DNA of 25,729 nucleotides from a virus. Taxonomy: Duplodnaviria > Caudoviricetes. How positions within the stretch are numbered: the stretch's first letter is position 1; the number at the start of each line of letters is the position of its first letter. Under the pieces are notes generated by a model, which had not been told where the DNA came from, searched no databases, and saw nothing but the letters and a program-made list of their open reading frames with translations. Location: positions 1-25,729 of IMG/VR virus record IMGVR_UViG_3300032218_001448; one strand, given 5' to 3'. A program made the translations under genes and the position numbers. Positions 23,236 to 25,729 of this stretch are shown piece by piece.

Positions 23236-25729
23236 ATGGCAAAACTATTAGGTGGCACTAGAATATACGGAAATTTAACAGTAGATGCTAATCTGTCACT
23301 GACAGGTGGTAACGTCTCCACTTCGACAACAACTGGCGCATTAGTTATATCAAGTGCAGGAGGATTAGGCGTAGGTGGATCAGCATATATAGGCGGAGGC
23401 CTAACTGTTTTGAGTGCAAATGTAGTTTTTGCGTCTGGAACAGCTAGTACAAATACAACCACTGGTGCTCTTGTAGTATCCGGCGGCGCTGGCATCAGTG
23501 GTGCATTATACGCTGGCAGTATTTTCTCAGGTGGCAGCGCTGTACTAACCGCAGAAGCAGATACATTAGCTACCGTTACAGGCAGAGGTGCTACTACTGC
23601 TACTGCAGTGAGTATCACAAATGCAACAGCTAGTACAACTGCGAGTACTGGTGCTCTAGTGGTCACAGGTGGCGTAGGCGTAGGTGGTGTAATTCAAGCA
23701 GGTGGTAATATTGTTGCTGCTTCTACTGCAGTTAGTAGCAGCAAAACAACTGGTGCTCTAGTGGTCACAGGTGGTGTAGGCGTAGGTGGTACAATATACG
23801 CAGATCAAGCTAGAATAACTAACACAGCTGATTCTGTAAGTACTTCAACCGGCGCATTAGTTATTCAAAATGGTGGTCTAGGTGTTGCAGGTAACGTGTG
23901 GATTGGTGGAAATTTATATGTAGCAAACATTGTTTCTACTACTTACAGTCAACTTTCTGTTAATGATCCGCTGCTATATTTAACCGCAAATACTCCACAG
24001 CCCTATATCTATGATATTGGTTTGTACAGTCAATTTGTAGGTGGACCGGTAAATGCATATGGTCACACTGGTATTGTTCGTCAGCAGTCAGCTAATACTT
24101 GGGTATTTTTCAGTAATGTTAAATCTGAACCAACCAATACTATCAACTGGGCTGATCCAGGTATCATCTATGATGCAGTAAAAACTGGCGATTTAAATAT
24201 AGCGAATTCAACTGTAAGTTCTAGTACAACTTCAGGCGCTTTAATAGTCTCCGGTGGCGCAGGCGTAGGGGGAAGGTTAAATGTAGGCGGCAACGTAGTT
24301 GTCTCGTCAGGCGCAGCCAGTACCAGCACAACAACAGGCGCATTAGTGATCCCTAGCACAGGAGGTCTTGGTGTAGGTGGTGTAATTCAAGCAGGTGGTA
24401 ATATTGTTACCAGTGGTAATTTTATATCTACTTCTGCAACAAATATCACTGCAAACAACGGCGCATTTGCTTACGGCACTGTAAGTTATTCTGACAGTAA
24501 TGTTTTGGCTTCGTTCTCGTCAAATGTGAACGGCTATAATCAAATGATTTTGCAAAATGCCAACAACGGTAGCTCTGCTTCGACTAATTTTAATGTGTCA
24601 AATGATCGAGGTAATGCCACATATTATTACGGCGAATTTGGCATGAACAGCAGTCAGTTCTCTGGCAGTAGTCCATTTAGTTTGCCAAATAATGTGTATC
24701 TCGCAGCTGCTACCAGCGATCTCGTTATAGGTACATATTCTAGCAATGCGATAAAGTTTGTTATAAATTCAGGCGCGAATGAATCAGTAAAAATTGATAC
24801 CAATGGAAATTTAATCGTTGTATCCAGTACTACCAGTACCAGCACAACAACTGGTGCTCTAGTGGTCACAGGTGGCATAGGCGTAGGTGGTGTAATTCAA
24901 GCAGGTGGTAATATTGTTGCTGCTTCTACAGCAGTTAGTAGCAGCACAACAACTGGCGCATTGGTAGTTAAAGGCGGACTTGGAGTAGCAGGTTCTATAT
25001 ATGCTAGCTCTGCAATAATCACTAGTAGTGCAGCTTCTAGTGATAAAACCTCTGGCGCATTAGTTATTCAAAATGGTGGATTAGGTGTCGGTGGTGCTGT
25101 TTGGGCAGATTCTTTGAATGCATTTTCATATGTTAATGTTAAATCTTCAGGGGGTCCAAATTCTTATTTAAGCACGTATCAATTTGATATGGGATCACCC
25201 AGTGCACCAACTCTACTAAGTTTTAATATATCTGGTGGTTATAGTGTAGACAATCCGGGAACAAGCCAAATATTCTTGAAAAGCTCGGACGGCAGTACAG
25301 TTGATAATTATATGTTAGCTACTCCAACTAGTATCGAATTCAAAGATACAGCGACATTTTTTACCAGTATAGGACCAAAACTCACTAATACATCTTTGGA
25401 TTTTTATAATCCTGCTACCGGTACACTAGTTTCTACATTAAATTCAACCAGTTTTAGTCATAGCGGCAGCATCACTACTACTTCTACTGCAGTCAGTACT
25501 AGTACAAGCACTGGTGCTCTGGTAGTCTCAGGTGGTACCGGTATCGCAGGAAGATTGTTTGTAGGTGGCAATACTGTTATTGCAAACACAACTACTAGCA
25601 CAAGTGCAACAACTGGCGCTCTAGTGGTCACAGGTGGTGTGGGCGTAGGCGGCAACATTTATATAGGTGGTACTGGCTTGTTTTGGAGCAATGGTGCTAG
25701 CTATGCAGCCAGTACTACTCCTAATTATG
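23236..25729 (+). CDS. Long tail-fibre-like protein, >831 aa, 3'-truncated by window (absent from ORF track)
   Basis: ATG 23236, MAKLLGGTRIYGNLTVDAN...; frame read open to window end; many STTTGALV repeats plus modules B and A; TATAAGTA promoter-like site at 23200-23207. Confidence 0.88.
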   Translation, partial: MAKLLGGTRIYGNLTVDANLSLTGGNVSTSTTTGALVISSAGGLGVGGSAYIGGGLTVLSANVVFASGTASTNTTTGALVVSGGAGISGALYAGSIFSGGSAVLTAEADTLATVTGRGATTATAVSITNATASTTASTGALVVTGGVGVGGVIQAGGNIVAASTAVSSSKTTGALVVTGGVGVGGTIYADQARITNTADSVSTSTGALVIQNGGLGVAGNVWIGGNLYVANIVSTTYSQLSVNDPLLYLTANTPQPYIYDIGLYSQFVGGPVNAYGHTGIVRQQSANTWVFFSNVKSEPTNTINWADPGIIYDAVKTGDLNIANSTVSSSTTSGALIVSGGAGVGGRLNVGGNVVVSSGAASTSTTTGALVIPSTGGLGVGGVIQAGGNIVTSGNFISTSATNITANNGAFAYGTVSYSDSNVLASFSSNVNGYNQMILQNANNGSSASTNFNVSNDRGNATYYYGEFGMNSSQFSGSSPFSLPNNVYLAAATSDLVIGTYSSNAIKFVINSGANESVKIDTNGNLIVVSSTTSTSTTTGALVVTGGIGVGGVIQAGGNIVAASTAVSSSTTTGALVVKGGLGVAGSIYASSAIITSSAASSDKTSGALVIQNGGLGVGGAVWADSLNAFSYVNVKSSGGPNSYLSTYQFDMGSPSAPTLLSFNISGGYSVDNPGTSQIFLKSSDGSTVDNYMLATPTSIEFKDTATFFTSIGPKLTNTSLDFYNPATGTLVSTLNSTSFSHSGSITTTSTAVSTSTSTGALVVSGGTGIAGRLFVGGNTVIANTTTSTSATTGALVVTGGVGVGGNIYIGGTGLFWSNGASYAASTTPNY
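23647..24956 (+). repeat. Dispersed near-identical 107-nt repeat (23647-23753 and 24850-24956)
   Basis: ACTGGTGCTCTAGTGGTCACAGGTGGC.TAGGCGTAGGTGGTGTAATTCAAGCAGGTGGTAATATTGTTGCTGCTTCTAC.GCAGTTAGTAGCAGCA.AACAACTGG at offset 1203. Confidence 0.88.

Noticed and set aside
18453-25658. Many minus-strand Pro/Thr/Val-rich ORFs across fibre genes
   Set aside because: Reverse-complement shadows of the TGALVVxGG repeats.
1-25729. Alternative genetic code (stop-codon recoding, seen in some large phages)
   Set aside because: Core genes are full-length under the standard code and TAA, TAG and TGA are all used as genuine stops.

Overview
Fragment of a large dsDNA tailed-phage genome with a T4-like (gp20-gp21-gp22-gp23) head module and T4-type late promoters (TATAAATA and variants). 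In order: 3' end of a gp46/SbcC-like ATPase; a stand-alone 142-aa GIY-YIG nuclease; a ~510-nt ORF-free, densely base-paired intergenic region (853-1365); a minus-strand gp26-like baseplate-hub/tail-chaperone gene plus a small overlapping ORF; a tape-measure-like gene; portal, core/scaffold, protease and major capsid genes; a two-gene accessory insert (acidic protein + GNAT-like protein); and a long run of virion/tail-fibre genes built from shuffled repeat modules, the last (23236->end, missing from the ORF track) running off the window. The most interesting signals are (i) the large candidate structured ncRNA directly behind a GIY-YIG nuclease that has no DNA-binding module of its own, (ii) an in-frame T TTT TTC slippery site predicting a lambda G/GT-style -1 frameshift fusing the gp26-like gene to its neighbour, and (iii) several structured leaders/intergenic RNAs. 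All protein calls are from motif recognition and synteny by eye, and all RNA pairings were found by manual inspection; no searches or folding computations were run.
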